A stretch of DNA of 60,315 bases from Armatimonadota bacterium (GTDB lineage Bacteria > Armatimonadota > UBA5829): the NCBI GenBank assembly GCA_029907315.1, contig JARYME010000004.1, positions 1-60,315 on the forward strand, given 5' to 3'. The notes under the pieces are model-generated. The model made no database searches and was not told the origin of the DNA. It was given only the letters and a program-made list of their open reading frames with translations. Numbering within the stretch: position 1 is the stretch's first letter; every line of letters begins with the position of its first letter. Shown in pieces: positions 49,281-58,879 of this stretch. A program made the translations under genes and the position numbers.

Positions 49281-50528
49281 ATGAGCGAAGTCGAGAGGAA
49301 ATGCCGCGAAGCAAAGAGCGCTGCCTCCAAACTTGCCGTAACCGGAAGTGGCCTAAAAGATAAAGCACTCTTGGCAATTGCCGAAGCTCTGGAACGACAG
49401 GAGCAAGTCATCCTTGACGCCAACGCGCGCGATTTGAAAGCGGCCGAGGAAAGTGGTATCAGGGGAGCAGTGTTGAAACGCTTAGCTCTCGATCATAAGA
49501 AAATCGCCCAGATGACCGAAGGTGTTCGCCAGATTGCTTCGCTGCGAGACCCTGTGGGCGAGACAATAGACGGCTACATCAGACCTAACGGGATGGAGGT
49601 GCGAAGAATTCGCGTCCCGCTGGGAGTTATCGGCATAATCTACGAGTCAAGGCCGAATGTGACTGTCGATGCAGCAGCCCTGTGTCTGAAAGCAGGTAAC
49701 GCAGTTGTGCTGAGGGGCGGTTCGGAAGCGATTAACTCCAATCTAGCACTAGCTGGAATAATTCGAGATACGCTTGCCGCAAACGGTTTACCTGCGGAAG
49801 CCGTTCAGATAATAGAGACAACCGACAGAGCCGCCGCACTTGAGCTGATGAGAATGAAAGCGTATATCGATTGCCTGATACCTCGCGGCGGCAAGGGCTT
49901 GATTCAGACTGTGATCGAAAACGCCACTGTTCCTGTAATAGAACACCTTGACGGCAACTGCCACGTCTATGTAGATGATGCCGCAGATTTGGCAATGGCA
50001 GAAGAAATAGTTATGAACGCCAAGGTGCAAAACCCGGGAGTGTGCAATGCTATGGAAACACTACTGGTAAGCGAAGCAGTTGCGGCAGAGTTCCTACCCA
50101 AAATTTGCAAACGTCTAATGGACGCAGGCGTAGAATTGCGCGGCTGTGAGAAGACAAGGCAATTGGTTCCTGGCATAAAAGAAGCCACAGAGGAAGATTG
50201 GTTCACGGAGTACCTCGACTTGATTCTGGCCGTCAAGGTGGTAAGCGGGATTGATGAAGCAATTCAGCATATCAACACCTACGGAAGCCATCATTCCGAT
50301 GCCATAGTTACCAAGGATTACTCGGCAGCCAGACGTTTTTCAAACGAGGTAGACTCAGCGTGCGTGTTTGTAAACGTGTCGACCCGGTTCTCAGATGGTT
50401 ACGAATTCGGTAAGGGCGCGGAGATGGGTATCAGCACCCAGAAGCTCCACGCCCGTGGGCCTATGGGAGTGGAAGAGATTACCACATACAAGTACGTGGT
50501 CACCGGCAATGGCCAGATCCGACAATAG
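49281..50528 (+). CDS. proA: Gamma-glutamyl phosphate reductase
   Basis: 415 aa. Catalytic Cys in NPGVCNAMETLLV. IYESRPNVT motif. Confidence 0.95.
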   Translation: MSEVERKCREAKSAASKLAVTGSGLKDKALLAIAEALERQEQVILDANARDLKAAEESGIRGAVLKRLALDHKKIAQMTEGVRQIASLRDPVGETIDGYIRPNGMEVRRIRVPLGVIGIIYESRPNVTVDAAALCLKAGNAVVLRGGSEAINSNLALAGIIRDTLAANGLPAEAVQIIETTDRAAALELMRMKAYIDCLIPRGGKGLIQTVIENATVPVIEHLDGNCHVYVDDAADLAMAEEIVMNAKVQNPGVCNAMETLLVSEAVAAEFLPKICKRLMDAGVELRGCEKTRQLVPGIKEATEEDWFTEYLDLILAVKVVSGIDEAIQHINTYGSHHSDAIVTKDYSAARRFSNEVDSACVFVNVSTRFSDGYEFGKGAEMGISTQKLHARGPMGVEEITTYKYVVTGNGQIRQ

Positions 50529-51132
50529 CCCAACTCTGCGAATCGGTATAATGGGCGGGACGTTTGACCCGATCCATATAGGGCACTTGATAGTTGCCGA
50601 GGAAGCGTGGCAGCAATTCGGCTTGGACGTGGTGCTTTTTGTGCCTGCTGGTGATCCGCCGCACAAGAGCGGTAGAGTAGTAGCGCGTGGCGAAGATCGC
50701 CTTGAAATGGTCAAACTTGCTGTTAATGACAATGAACACTTTGAGTACTCCACCGTGGAGCTCGACCGCGTGGGGCCGTCCTACACAGTGGACACTATCC
50801 GCGAGCTTCGCGAGCTACTTGGTGAATCCACACAAATATACTTGCTCATAGGAACAGATGAAGCCAGGGATCTGATGACATGGCACGAGCCCCGCGGAAT
50901 TCTGGAGCTTGCAACTATCGTGGTCGCCGACCGACCGAACTACACTTTCGAAAGTGCGGTGCGGCGACTACCTGAGGATTTTGCTAGTGCGCTTGTGAGG
51001 CTTCGAGTTCCACGCGTGGACATCTCGTCAACCGACATTCGGCGCCGCGTTCGAGCGAATTTGTCAATTCGATATCTGGTCCCCCGCGACGTAGAAAACT
51101 ACATCCTGGATAAGGGTTTATACGGAAGCTAA
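50509..51132 (+). CDS. nadD: Nicotinate-nucleotide adenylyltransferase
   Basis: GIMGGTFDPIHIGH (HxGH) motif and ISSTDIR motif. The ATG at 50509 overlaps the proA end. Confidence 0.85.
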   Translation: MARSDNSPTLRIGIMGGTFDPIHIGHLIVAEEAWQQFGLDVVLFVPAGDPPHKSGRVVARGEDRLEMVKLAVNDNEHFEYSTVELDRVGPSYTVDTIRELRELLGESTQIYLLIGTDEARDLMTWHEPRGILELATIVVADRPNYTFESAVRRLPEDFASALVRLRVPRVDISSTDIRRRVRANLSIRYLVPRDVENYILDKGLYGS

Positions 51133-51134
51133 CG

Positions 51135-52367
51135 ATGAAAGGCGTATCCTGGAAGAGTGCACTGGTCGTGATACTGCTAGGATCTGCAGTAGGCGTGGCA
51201 CTCGGCACATTTCTCGCCGTGTGGTTGCCAACAATGAAGGCGACCGGCACCGGCTTTGTTGATGTCTTTGGCAGCGCGTTTCATGGGCGGCGCTACGTGC
51301 GGATCCTGATGATAGGCGAAGATGATACGGCAATCCGAAATAAAAACGGACGCGGACTCTCAGACACTTTAGTGGTAGTTGCACTCGACACTCGAACCAA
51401 GGAAATACGAGCCATCTCCATACCACGCGATACGCGCGTTGAGATACCGGGTCACGGATACTGCAAGATAAACGCGGCTCACGTATTTGGCGGACCACAG
51501 TTGACAAAGGAAGTGGTTCAGAATCTCTTGGGGGTACCGATAGACTACTACATAAAGACAAACACGCGCGGACTTAGAGGGCTAGTGGATCTGGTGGGCG
51601 GCGTCTACATAAAGATCGACAAGGACATGCACTATGTAGATCGCCGCGGCGGTTTGTATATTAACTTGAAGGCAAAACCCGAAAAACAGCTCCTCAACGG
51701 CAGGCAAGCCGAGGGATATGTCAGGTTTCGGCACGATGCATTTGGCGACAGCGGGTATAAAATCGTAGATGGCAGAAAGGTCCCGACTGGGCGGATAGTG
51801 CGTCAGCAGATATTCATGCGTGCGCTCGCAAATAGGATTCTGAGCCTGCCCACCAAAAGAGAGAGGGCACGAGTGCTTCAGAGAGCCTATGAACGCGGGT
51901 ATATAGTGAGTGATCTTAATCTGAAGGACTGGGACCAACTGGCCGACTTGATAAAAGACTTCAAGGTCGAAGAAATGAAGATGGCTGTTCTACCAGGCCG
52001 TCCAGGCAACATTGGCGGGGTCAGTTATTGGCTGCCGGACTTCACTGAAGCCAGACAGGTAGTCGCTGAGATGCTGCTTTTTCAAGAGCCAAACCCTACG
52101 GTTGAGGTGTTGAACGGTAGCGGTGTGCCGGGCGCCGCTAGGAGGATAGCTGAGAAACTGACTGAGGCGGGCTACCAAGTTACCCGTACCGACAATGCTC
52201 CAAAGTCCGACTACTATCAATCGATGATTATTACACACAAGGGAAAGACTGAACCTGTCAAACGGCTTGCTGAACTCGTCGGATCTGACCTGATCATTGA
52301 AGACGGAACACCAAGCAAGGCCGCAGACGTCACAGTTATTGTAGGTAAAAGTCAAGCAGGGCAGTGA
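51135..52367 (+). CDS. LytR-CpsA-Psr (LCP) family protein with a C-terminal LytR_C domain
   Basis: N-terminal TM helix. GLSDTLVVVALD...ISIPRDT LCP core. C-terminal VEVLNGSGVPGAARRIAEKL (LytR_C). Confidence 0.8.
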   Translation: MKGVSWKSALVVILLGSAVGVALGTFLAVWLPTMKATGTGFVDVFGSAFHGRRYVRILMIGEDDTAIRNKNGRGLSDTLVVVALDTRTKEIRAISIPRDTRVEIPGHGYCKINAAHVFGGPQLTKEVVQNLLGVPIDYYIKTNTRGLRGLVDLVGGVYIKIDKDMHYVDRRGGLYINLKAKPEKQLLNGRQAEGYVRFRHDAFGDSGYKIVDGRKVPTGRIVRQQIFMRALANRILSLPTKRERARVLQRAYERGYIVSDLNLKDWDQLADLIKDFKVEEMKMAVLPGRPGNIGGVSYWLPDFTEARQVVAEMLLFQEPNPTVEVLNGSGVPGAARRIAEKLTEAGYQVTRTDNAPKSDYYQSMIITHKGKTEPVKRLAELVGSDLIIEDGTPSKAADVTVIVGKSQAGQ

Positions 52368-52804
52368 GCACGCCGCCGGGTAGATGGCGGGGTGCACGAT
52401 TATCAACGACAACTACCGGATCACCGGAACAAATTCTGAGAATCAGGGAGAAAGCGACTATCGAGACCCTAGAAAAGCTTCGAATAGTACAAGAGATACT
52501 GCGCGAGAAGAAGGCCGAGGATGTCGAAGTTATCGAGGTAGGCACTCGGACGCTGATAGCCGACTACTTTGTAATAGCCAGTGGAACCTCGAACACTCAC
52601 ATCCGGGCCATAGCGGATGGGTTAGTAATTGACGGCAAGCACCGTGGGCTGAAGAAGGATAGAGTCGAGGGGTACAAGGAAGCCCGGTGGGTGCTCGTTG
52701 ACTATGGGGATATAGTCGTTCATATCTTTGCGCCAGAGGAGCGCGCTTACTACGATATCGAATCTCTTTGGCGCGAGACGGCTATCAAGCTCGGCAGCTC
52801 CTAG
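52364..52804 (+). CDS. rsfS: Ribosome silencing factor RsfS (Iojap family)
   Basis: KKAEDVEVIEV...ADYFVIASGTSNTHIRAIAD...WVLVDYGDIVVHIF is typical. The GTG start overlaps the LCP stop (GTGA). Confidence 0.8.
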   Translation: MSTPPGRWRGARLSTTTTGSPEQILRIREKATIETLEKLRIVQEILREKKAEDVEVIEVGTRTLIADYFVIASGTSNTHIRAIADGLVIDGKHRGLKKDRVEGYKEARWVLVDYGDIVVHIFAPEERAYYDIESLWRETAIKLGSS

Positions 52805-52853
52805 GTTCGCAGAGCGGTATGCAAGTGAGCGAACTCTCAAGAGGTGCGGTTTC

Positions 52854-53504
52854 GTGGATGCCGAAGCTGTCAGGAAGCAAGCTGAATTCGAACGCCTCTT
52901 CCTCGCCGCGCGGGTCTGCCGAATGCGCGGCGATTATCAGCAAGCGCAGGCTTTGATAAATCAAGCCCTCCAACTGCAGCCCGAAAACCTCGACGCCCGT
53001 GAGTTCGCTGCCGATATCTTGTTTGCCAGGGGCGAACTGGAAAAAGCCCTCGAAGAGTACAAATCAATCCTGCAAGTTGACAGGTCGCGGGCATCAGCAG
53101 AGGAAAAGTACGCGAAGATAGTCGTCGAACTGGCAGAAGCGAAGCGCCAGAAAGAACTGTTGAAAAAAGCTATCGAGAACCCTCAACTCTTCAAGAGCAG
53201 TTATAGCCTTCCGCCCAGAAGCCCTCTTGTCGCTGCTGTACTTTCCGGTATACCAGGATTGGGACACGTGTATTGCGGCCAGTATACTAAAGGTGTTCTT
53301 CTTTTCCTGAGCGTCACAATCTCGTGGCTCATATTCCTGACCGTTCGCCCTAATGTTAGCGGCTCCCCAGATCCAATTGCTCGTTTCGTACAGAATCTGA
53401 ATGTGACGGCAGTGTTCTTCCTGTGTCTGGCTTTGACTCTACACCTGTACGCACTGCTGGACGCGAGCCTGGCAGCGGAACGATCCCACCGAGACAACCT
53501 CTGA
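52854..53504 (+). CDS. TPR-repeat protein with a C-terminal two-helix membrane anchor
   Basis: TPR-like helices (GDYQQAQALINQALQLQPENLDAREFAADILFARGELEKALEEYKSIL). C-terminal SGIPGLGHVYCGQYTKG membrane motif. I chose the GTG start at 52854 (RBS AGAGGTG) to avoid overlapping rsfS. Confidence 0.55.
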   Translation: MDAEAVRKQAEFERLFLAARVCRMRGDYQQAQALINQALQLQPENLDAREFAADILFARGELEKALEEYKSILQVDRSRASAEEKYAKIVVELAEAKRQKELLKKAIENPQLFKSSYSLPPRSPLVAAVLSGIPGLGHVYCGQYTKGVLLFLSVTISWLIFLTVRPNVSGSPDPIARFVQNLNVTAVFFLCLALTLHLYALLDASLAAERSHRDNL

Positions 53505-53713
53505 AATGCTCCGATCCTGCTGATTCGACAGCGTTCGCACCAAAAGCTGCACTCGCTCACTCGACGGCAATCTATGCGCCCTTGGTTCGAATCGAACTTA
53601 TACCCCGTTCGAGCGACGCCAACCGCGTCCGCGGCAAGCCGCCGAAATCCATTTGGGATCTCACTCTGACTAGCATGGTCGATAGATAAAGCGGCTGAGC
53701 TGTCTCGTTTCGT

Positions 53714-53743
53714 TTGCGAAGAATAAAACCCGACGGATATAAT
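53714..53743 (+). promoter_or_regulatory. Sigma-70-type promoter (TTGCGA-18-TATAAT) for accD-accA
   Basis: Read directly as ttgcga agaataaaacccgacgga tataat, about 34 nt upstream of the accD ATG. Confidence 0.55.
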
Positions 53744-53776
53744 ATGGAAGCTAGCTTGTGCTGGAGGTTTATTGCT

Positions 53777-54646
53777 ATGTCCGCAGCGGCTTGGTTCAAA
53801 TCCCGCGTCGGAGCAGACCGAAGATTGGTCAGACAGAGCGTCGATGCCCTGCCTGACGGCCTGTGGACCAAATGTCCCAAATGCAGCGAAATACTCTTTA
53901 ATAAAGAACTCGAAAAGAACCTGCGTGTATGCAGTAAGTGTGGATACCACTATCGGCTCAGTGCCTGGGAAAGAATTCAGATAACCGCGGACGAAGGAAC
54001 GTTCAAGGAGATTGAGACGGGTCTTGTCACGCTGAACCCCCTGAATTTCCCGGATTACGAAGCCAAGATAGAACGCGACAAAGCCAAGACCGGACTTAAC
54101 GACGGAATGGTAGTCGGTCTTGCTGAAATCGGCGGGCACCCCGTAGGGTTGGGAGTAACCGACTGGTTTATGGGAGGAAGCATGGGCAGCGTGTACGGTG
54201 AGAAGGTTGCCCGTCTCTTTGAACTCGCCACAAAGAAGAAACTTCCTGTAGTGATGTTCACTATGTCCGGCGGCGCAAGAATGCAAGAAGGCATACTCTC
54301 GCTTATGCAGATGGCAAAGACAGCAGCGGCTGTCGCCAGACATTCGAAAGCCGGTTTGCCCTACATTGTAGTTCTCACTGATCCCACAACGGCAGGAGTT
54401 CACGCCAGCTTCGCATCTCTTGGGGATTTCATCTTTGCTGAGCCAGGTGCGTTGATAGGATTCGCTGGAGCTAGAGTGGCAGCGCAAGCTGGGTTGATCG
54501 ACAGGCCTGCGAACTTTCAGACTGCGGAGTTCCAACTTGAACACGGAATGATCGACAGGATCCTGCCCAGACGTGAGATAAAGCCCACGATCATCAAAGT
54601 ACTCGACTTCTGTATGGGCAAGGAGGTCTCCTCTGATGCCGAGTAA
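53777..54646 (+). CDS. accD: Acetyl-CoA carboxylase carboxyltransferase beta subunit
   Basis: Zinc ribbon CPKCSEILFNKELEKNLRVCSKCGYHYRL, then the carboxyltransferase core. The ATG at 53777 follows GGAGG. Confidence 0.9.
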   Translation: MSAAAWFKSRVGADRRLVRQSVDALPDGLWTKCPKCSEILFNKELEKNLRVCSKCGYHYRLSAWERIQITADEGTFKEIETGLVTLNPLNFPDYEAKIERDKAKTGLNDGMVVGLAEIGGHPVGLGVTDWFMGGSMGSVYGEKVARLFELATKKKLPVVMFTMSGGARMQEGILSLMQMAKTAAAVARHSKAGLPYIVVLTDPTTAGVHASFASLGDFIFAEPGALIGFAGARVAAQAGLIDRPANFQTAEFQLEHGMIDRILPRREIKPTIIKVLDFCMGKEVSSDAE

Positions 54647-55670
54647 GGATTGGACTGTTCTTGACTTTGAGAAGCCTATAGCAGAACTGGACGAACAGAT
54701 AGCGCAGATCAAGCGCTTGACCCAGGAACAAGGAATAGATCGCTCGGAAGAAATCGCTGCGCTTGAGCGAGACCGCGACCGAGCAATCGAAGAGATCTTT
54801 TCAAACCTCACTCCGTGGGACCGCGTCCTGTTAGCGCGACATCCCAAACGGCCCTATACCCTGGACTACGTCCGGATCATTTTTGACGACTATGTGGAGC
54901 TGCACGGCGACCGGTTGTATGGAGACGATCACGCGATGGTCGGCGGAATAGCACGACTTGGAGATCGGCACGTCGTATTCGTGGGCCAACAGAAAGGGCG
55001 AGACCTAAAGGAGCGCCAATACCGAAATTTCGGTATGGCGAAGCCTGACGGCTACCGAAAGGCCCTCCGACTAATGAAACTCGCGGAGAAGTTCAAGAGG
55101 CCGGTTATAACGTTCGTAGACACACCAGCTGCAGACTGCAGCGTAGACGCGGAAGCGCGTGGAATCAGCGAAGCCATTGCGCGGAACATGATGGAAATGT
55201 CAGTCTTGGAAACACCTATTATCTCTGTAATACTTGGGGAGGGTGGAAGCGGCGGCGCAATAGGGATAGCCGTGGCGGATAGAGTCATTATGATGGAAAA
55301 TGCAATCTACTCCGTCATTCCGCCTGAGGGCTGTGCAGCAATATTGTGGCGAGACCCGTCGAAGTACAAGGAAATGGCCGCCGCCCTGCGCATTACCAGT
55401 GCGGACGCTTTGGAGCTGGGTGTTGTGGATGAAGTTATCAAAGAGCCTCTGGGCGGAGCTCACAGAAACCCCGAGGCGGCAGCTTTGAGCGTGAAAGCAG
55501 CAATAGTAAAACACCTCGAAACGCTTGAGAAGATACCGGTGCAGAAACTCGTGGACGCGCGGTACAAGAAGTTTAGATCGATGGGAATCTTTGAAGACAC
55601 CTCCAAGAAGAAGCCCCAGAAGAAGGTACCCGCTGAACAGCAAGAGCAAGAGGAGCAAGGCGAAGCGTGA
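54636..55670 (+). CDS. accA: Acetyl-CoA carboxylase carboxyltransferase alpha subunit
   Basis: LDFEKPIAELDEQI..., FVDTPAA and GEGGSGGAIGIAVAD motifs. Has a K/E/Q-rich C-terminal tail. Confidence 0.9.
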   Translation: MPSKDWTVLDFEKPIAELDEQIAQIKRLTQEQGIDRSEEIAALERDRDRAIEEIFSNLTPWDRVLLARHPKRPYTLDYVRIIFDDYVELHGDRLYGDDHAMVGGIARLGDRHVVFVGQQKGRDLKERQYRNFGMAKPDGYRKALRLMKLAEKFKRPVITFVDTPAADCSVDAEARGISEAIARNMMEMSVLETPIISVILGEGGSGGAIGIAVADRVIMMENAIYSVIPPEGCAAILWRDPSKYKEMAAALRITSADALELGVVDEVIKEPLGGAHRNPEAAALSVKAAIVKHLETLEKIPVQKLVDARYKKFRSMGIFEDTSKKKPQKKVPAEQQEQEEQGEA

Positions 55671-56911
55671 GAACAACCGGCACAGCGTTTTTGGTATTCG
55701 GATTACTTGCGGCTGCAAACGCAGGACAAGTCAGCACGGAGGCTGTCGAGTTAGTCAAAGCGGGGAAGATCGACGCAGCAAAAGCCTCCTGGTGGGGATT
55801 TGACCCCGACGACGCAACAGAATGCCTACAAGCTGCGATAAACTCTGGCGTCAGGACTTTGATTGTTGATAACGTTGGCAAGCCTTGGATTGTAAGACCC
55901 ATCCAGCTTACCAGCAACCAGAAGATTATCTTCGAACCGGGTGTAGAAATCTTGGCGAAACTGGGTGAGTTTCAAGGACCAGGAGACAGCCTATTCAGTG
56001 CATCAAATGCGGAGAACATCGAACTCATAGGTTACGGGGCGACGTTCCGGATGCGTCGCGACGACTATGCGAACCCCCCTTACAAGAAGGCTGAGTGGCG
56101 GATGGCATTGGCACTGCGAAGCTGCCGAAATGTCAAGGTATACGGATTGACGCTGGTGGAAAGCGGAGGAGACGGCATATACCTCGGGGTAGCAACAAAG
56201 GGTGTACCCAATAGAGATATAGTAATCCGAGACGTGGTATGCGATAGAAATTACAGACAAGGCATCAGCGTAATATCAGCTGAGAGACTCCTCATCGAAA
56301 ACGTGTATATGACAAACACCTCGGGAACCGCACCGCAATCCGGGATTGATTTCGAACCCAACCGTGAAGACGAAAGATTGGTAGACGTCACGGTAAGAAA
56401 CTGTACCACTCAAGGAAATGGCGGATACGGTTACCAATTTCACTTAACATCCCTCAAGGCATCGTCCGAACCTGTGTCCATTCGCGTAGAAAATTGTCGG
56501 TCGATAGATGACTCAGCCGGATCAGTACAAATAACTACAGGACGCAGCGCAGAACAGGCTGTGCGCGGCAGGATAGAATTCGTCGCGTGTCAATTCAGCA
56601 GCGGCCGGAATCAAGGCATTGGAATCGATGGCAACCCTGACGGAGCATGCGCTATAACGTTCGAGGACTGCTTAGTGGAAAACGCAGCCTTGAACAAACC
56701 GGCAGTATCCCCGGTCAGAATATCCGGACCTGCTCGAGGCATCCGATTGTCCAACTTGCTTGTGCGTGACCCACTTAAACGACGACCTGTTGCTCTCGAC
56801 GGATCTCCAGAGGGTATACCATTTGAAGCTGTCACAGGCACGCTCATTGTTGACCACAACGGCAAACTAGAGACGGTACATCTTACTCCTTCCACATCGT
56901 TAGGAAACTGA
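55667..56911 (+). CDS. Secreted right-handed parallel beta-helix repeat protein (pectate-lyase fold)
   Basis: Signal peptide FLVFGLLAAANAG. Periodic beta-helix turns (GGDGIYLG, NYRQGISV, QSGIDFEPN, GNGGYGYQF). The GTG start overlaps the accA stop. Confidence 0.65.
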   Translation: MRTTGTAFLVFGLLAAANAGQVSTEAVELVKAGKIDAAKASWWGFDPDDATECLQAAINSGVRTLIVDNVGKPWIVRPIQLTSNQKIIFEPGVEILAKLGEFQGPGDSLFSASNAENIELIGYGATFRMRRDDYANPPYKKAEWRMALALRSCRNVKVYGLTLVESGGDGIYLGVATKGVPNRDIVIRDVVCDRNYRQGISVISAERLLIENVYMTNTSGTAPQSGIDFEPNREDERLVDVTVRNCTTQGNGGYGYQFHLTSLKASSEPVSIRVENCRSIDDSAGSVQITTGRSAEQAVRGRIEFVACQFSSGRNQGIGIDGNPDGACAITFEDCLVENAALNKPAVSPVRISGPARGIRLSNLLVRDPLKRRPVALDGSPEGIPFEAVTGTLIVDHNGKLETVHLTPSTSLGN

Positions 56912-56921
56912 GGCGATCTGA

Positions 56922-58472
56922 ATGACTGAGCGTCCCAACATCGTGCTCATCGTAGCCGACGACATGGGTTACTCCGACATCGGCTGCTACGGCGGCGAGA
57001 TCGACACGCCTAACATAGATCGACTTGCAACAGGAGGCATCCGATTCAGCCGGTTCTATAACAACGCGGTTTGTATGCCTACCAGGGCATCCATTCTCAC
57101 GGGCCTCTACCCACACCAGGTAGGATCCGCAGACAAGGCATGGTTGGCACAGACGGGCAACGTAACCATAGCGGAGGTACTGAAGGAAGCTGGTTACATC
57201 ACGCTAATGTCCGGTAAATGGCACAACGGAACGCAGCCGGGAATGCTGCCGGTCGACCGCGGCTTCCACAAATATTGGGGACTGCTGTCGGGCAGCTCGA
57301 ACTACTTCAACCCAGGGCTCCGACGTCCTGGAGAACCAGAACCGGCGCACAAAAGTCCTGGGGATACTCGACCCTGGGGTGAGGACGACAAGATAATACG
57401 ACCCTACACGCCTGAGGAACGAGATTTCTACGCTACGGACGCGTTCACCGAGCGCGCTATCCAATTCCTCGACAAGTATGGCAAGGAAGACAGACCTTTC
57501 TTCCTATACCTGGCATACACAGCACCGCACTTTCCAATTCAGGCGCGGCCCCAAGAAATCGCAAAGTACCGCGGCAAGTACCTTATAGGATGGGACGAAC
57601 TGAGACGGCGAAGATTCGAACGTCAATTGGAACTGGGCCTCGCGGAAAAGCAATGGCAGCTCTCTGAACGCGATGAGCTGGCGCCCAGGTGGAGCGACGT
57701 AGGAAACAAAGAGGAATGGGATCTGAAGATGGCCGTTTATGCCGCTATGATCGATCGCATGGACCAAGGAATCGGTCGTGTATTGGAAAAGATAAGGCAG
57801 CTCGGCAAAGAAGATAATACTCTAGTAGTGTTCCTTTCGGACAACGGCGGATGCGCTGAGCACATTGATCGGACCCCCAATGTCCCGGCGGGACCGGTGA
57901 ACTCCTATAAGACCGTGGACGCACCCTGGGCGAATGCAAGCAACACGCCGTTTAGAAGATTCAAGGCGTTCGACCATGAAGGCGGCATCGCAACACCGTG
58001 CGTGATGTATTGGCCGAAAGGCATTCAAGGCAGGGGCCGCATATGCCGTGATGTAGGCCACGTTATGGACCTTATGCCGACATTTGTGGAACTAGCAGGC
58101 GCCAAGTATCCCGAAGAGTACAAAGGACACAAAATACTGCCGATGGAAGGTCGTAGCTTGGTGCCGGCGCTGCAAGGCAAGGAGATGGGAGAGCGTGAGC
58201 CCATATTCTGGGAGTTCCGAGGATGTCGGGCCGTACTAGCAGGGCGATGGAAGCTTGTCACCCAAGGACCTGCTCGCAACCACGTTAATGTCCCAATAGG
58301 TCCCGGCCACGACAAGTGGGAGCTCTATGATATGGCGACAGACCGGTGCGAATTGCACGACCTAGCAAGGCACTATCCGGAAAAGGTGGCCGAGCTCGAT
58401 GCACTTTGGCAATACTGGTACAAGCGATGTGCCGAATCCGCACATGCAAACGGCCGTCAACAAGATGAGTAA
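56922..58472 (+). CDS. Arylsulfatase (formylglycine-dependent sulfatase family)
   Basis: NIVLIVADDMGYSDIGCYGG. CMPTRASILTG (CxPxR formylglycine motif). FLSDNGG. Confidence 0.9.
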   Translation: MTERPNIVLIVADDMGYSDIGCYGGEIDTPNIDRLATGGIRFSRFYNNAVCMPTRASILTGLYPHQVGSADKAWLAQTGNVTIAEVLKEAGYITLMSGKWHNGTQPGMLPVDRGFHKYWGLLSGSSNYFNPGLRRPGEPEPAHKSPGDTRPWGEDDKIIRPYTPEERDFYATDAFTERAIQFLDKYGKEDRPFFLYLAYTAPHFPIQARPQEIAKYRGKYLIGWDELRRRRFERQLELGLAEKQWQLSERDELAPRWSDVGNKEEWDLKMAVYAAMIDRMDQGIGRVLEKIRQLGKEDNTLVVFLSDNGGCAEHIDRTPNVPAGPVNSYKTVDAPWANASNTPFRRFKAFDHEGGIATPCVMYWPKGIQGRGRICRDVGHVMDLMPTFVELAGAKYPEEYKGHKILPMEGRSLVPALQGKEMGEREPIFWEFRGCRAVLAGRWKLVTQGPARNHVNVPIGPGHDKWELYDMATDRCELHDLARHYPEKVAELDALWQYWYKRCAESAHANGRQQDE

Positions 58473-58860
58473 ACGCGATTTTTCCAAGCCTGACCCTAGA
58501 GTAGACCTGGCTTTCGAAAGAACAAGGCTCGCCGCCGAGCGCACGCTGATGGCTTGGATCCGGACATCGATAGCACTAATCGGCTTTGGGTTCTCGATTT
58601 ATAAGTTTTTCGATTACCTGCACGCGATGCCGAACTCTCGAAGTCCGGCCGCAGGACACGCTTCGCGGAATCTCGGGCTGGCATTGATCGCACTCGGCAC
58701 GTTGGCAATGGCTGGGGCAGTAGCGGAATACATGGCGACTGTTAGAAAACTCGGAGAGACCTCTTTTCGCATATCACTGGCGTTCATTGTTGGGATTCTA
58801 ATGATTGTACTAGGCGTATTTGCCTTTATCGGCGTTCTGTTGGGCACAGGACCATTTTAG
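58465..58860 (+). CDS. DUF202/YidH family membrane protein
   Basis: LAFERTRLAAERTLMAWIRTSIALIGFG hallmark, plus three TM helices. The ATG overlaps the sulfatase stop by 8 nt. Confidence 0.75.
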   Translation: MSKRDFSKPDPRVDLAFERTRLAAERTLMAWIRTSIALIGFGFSIYKFFDYLHAMPNSRSPAAGHASRNLGLALIALGTLAMAGAVAEYMATVRKLGETSFRISLAFIVGILMIVLGVFAFIGVLLGTGPF

Positions 58861-58879
58861 CCCGCAAGCAGCTGCATGT

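Noticed and set aside
53584-53593. Second GGTTCGAATC string in the TPR-accD intergenic region, with a nearby cgttcgagcg
   Set aside because: I tried both strands and found no 5-bp T-stem and no cloverleaf. It forms only a short 5-bp palindrome (gttcg aat cgaac).
53201-54847. A 548-aa minus-strand ORF spanning the TPR gene end, the intergenic region, all of accD and the start of accA
   Set aside because: It is antisense to genes with unmistakable AccD/AccA sequence. Its translation is S/R/C-rich with no motifs, no RBS and no plausible domain. It is most simply a stop-free antisense frame. It is striking in length but not evidence of a gene.
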